64,000 bases of DNA from Phoronis australis (lineage: Eukaryota; Animalia; Phoronida), in NCBI GenBank assembly GCA_002633005.1, contig NMRA01000285.1:1-64000 (forward strand), given 5' to 3'. A program made the position numbers and the translations under genes. The notes beneath the pieces are model-generated. The model made no database searches, was not told where the DNA came from, and saw only the letters and a program-made list of their open reading frames with translations. This document shows positions 62,371 through 64,000 of the stretch, one piece after another (the stretch's first letter is position 1; every line of letters starts with the position of its first letter).

Positions 62371-63164
62371 AGTGCATTGAATTATTGGGGACAAATAAAA
62401 CAACAACAATAATATATATTTTAGGTTGTATTGGGAATTTCAAGGTCACAGGTCTACAAATGAATATTTCACATAAGGAACCAGATGGGTTCCTTAATTA
62501 CAAGAGTTAACACACACATTTACGACACCCAATGTGTAAGTGAGTATCGGATACTAAGTCGCAGGTTAGCATAGTACCAAATGAGTACATAATACCAAAT
62601 GGGTATTGGCCGATTGCCTACCAACTGGGACGAGCAAAACGGCAAATTCAATAACAAGTACCAAATGGGTACAACTGCCAAATGGGCAAATATCATATAA
62701 TAAAGTACCAAGTGGTACATCAAACAGCCAACTGCGCTATAACAACCTGCAAAGCAGGTTCCGGACAAGCTGAGTGAGCAGACCAGCCGGAGTGATAAAA
62801 ACAGATATTGTAAGGAACATGGTGTTGTGGCTCAGTATGTGCCACATGGGCAGGGTTGTTCATGGATGAACAATCCTGTCCACCGCCAAATAACCAACAG
62901 CAGATTTTGTTCGACAAAAGGTAGGGAGGGTGGGAAAGATATAAATCTGTTGAAGTGAGATTTTGTGGAACCCAGGGTAGGAAGGGAGGGAGAGGTATCA
63001 AATGGTCTAATTGGGAAAACTTACGAGTGAATGTACTGTTGCCTGATGCTGGGCCAACAGAAAGCTGGAGAGGAAGAACAAAAAGCGCTACCATCGGATT
63101 TGGTAGGAACTAACTAGGAGTTGGATATGAAGGATGAAGGGCTTTAGAATGTTATTTGCCCAAA

Positions 63165-63989
63165 TACACATAGTGTACCTAATTATCGGACGGAACCTAA
63201 ATATCGGATATTTCATAGAATCTTACTTGAAGCATAATCTGAGAATTAAATGACACCAATTTTTGTTCCGTTGTAATGCATTCAATGTCCGGCACCGTCT
63301 CGTTTTTTACAGCGTTGCCTCGTTTTGATTTCACCGAGAGAGGGTGCAATTTAGACCCCCAAGTCGGCCTAAAATGGACGATCGCATAAATCGGTTATAA
63401 AAGTTGAAAATAAAATCTTTTTCCACAATGAAACCATCTCATTGAACTGACAATATGTCACTGTTCCATTTTTTCGTTTGTTTTTAAACTCAAGTCAAAC
63501 CCCGACCGCGCACGTGCGGGTGTCATATCAAGAAGCCTAAGTGATACTAAAAACTGCAGTGAGTTTGCACGTGCTTTAGTCGTCTGCACTAATTCATCGA
63601 AACGACTTGGCGCCGTCATCAGATTTCATTTTATGGATAATTTTGTTGCGAATGGACCTGGGTTCTAGCAGCATATATGTCAAAACACTCGAGCTGAAAT
63701 TTGGCGACAAGGTGCCCGCGGCCATTACATGGTTAGTCAGTTTTCCGCGGTGTGGCGTATGGAGAAACATGGTGTCCGATATTTAGGTTCTCCGAAGGTT
63801 TGGTTGTTGTGTTTTTTGAAGATCAGTCGGAACATAAATGTGGCTTTCAGTGACAAGATATAGTAACAGAACAATTCTGTGAAGGTAAATCTTTATTTCA
63901 GCAAAGAATTTACAACAATCCGTAGTATTTTCATTTAAATATAATGCAAAATGTGCCAAAACGTCCGATAATTAGGTCACTTGACTGTA
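63165..63989. mobile_element. Tc1/pogo-like non-autonomous DNA transposon
   Basis: ACCTAATTATCGGACG near 63177 is inverted as CGTCCGATAATTAGGT at 63962-63977; an inner repeat near 63194 is inverted at about 63775-63790; right end ...ACTGTA. Confidence 0.65.
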
Positions 63990-64000
63990 ATAGGATTTAT

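Overview
This is AT-rich, intron-containing animal (probably invertebrate) genomic DNA; the taxon cannot be fixed from the sequence. Three spliced protein-coding genes were reconstructed by hand from GT-AG boundaries with consistent phases. (1) The 3' end of a receptor-type guanylate cyclase (+, 8 exons, 320-7086). (2) AGBL5/CCP5 tubulin deglutamylase (-, ATG 38427, 13 coding exons traced to 19638, last exon uncertain). (3) A carnosine-synthase-like ATP-grasp ligase (+, 4 exons, 45933-55543, 5' end unresolved), oriented divergently from AGBL5. A probable secreted-protein pseudogene lies at about 57.8-58.3 kb. Introns and intergenic DNA hold many mobile-element pieces: an 8-bp-TSD foldback MITE family (including a copy nested in its own family), TTAA-flanked Kolobok-type elements (one with a THAP start, spanning the assembly gap), a 5'-truncated RNase H LINE, Gypsy and Academ-like remnants, and a Helentron/HINE-like repeat whose subunits carry CTCF-consensus-like motifs. 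Several minisatellites are also present. No rRNA, intact tRNA or CRISPR array was seen. The best novelty candidates are the divergent ATP-grasp ligase and the CTCF-motif-bearing repeat family. All family assignments rest on motif recognition by eye, not on database searches.
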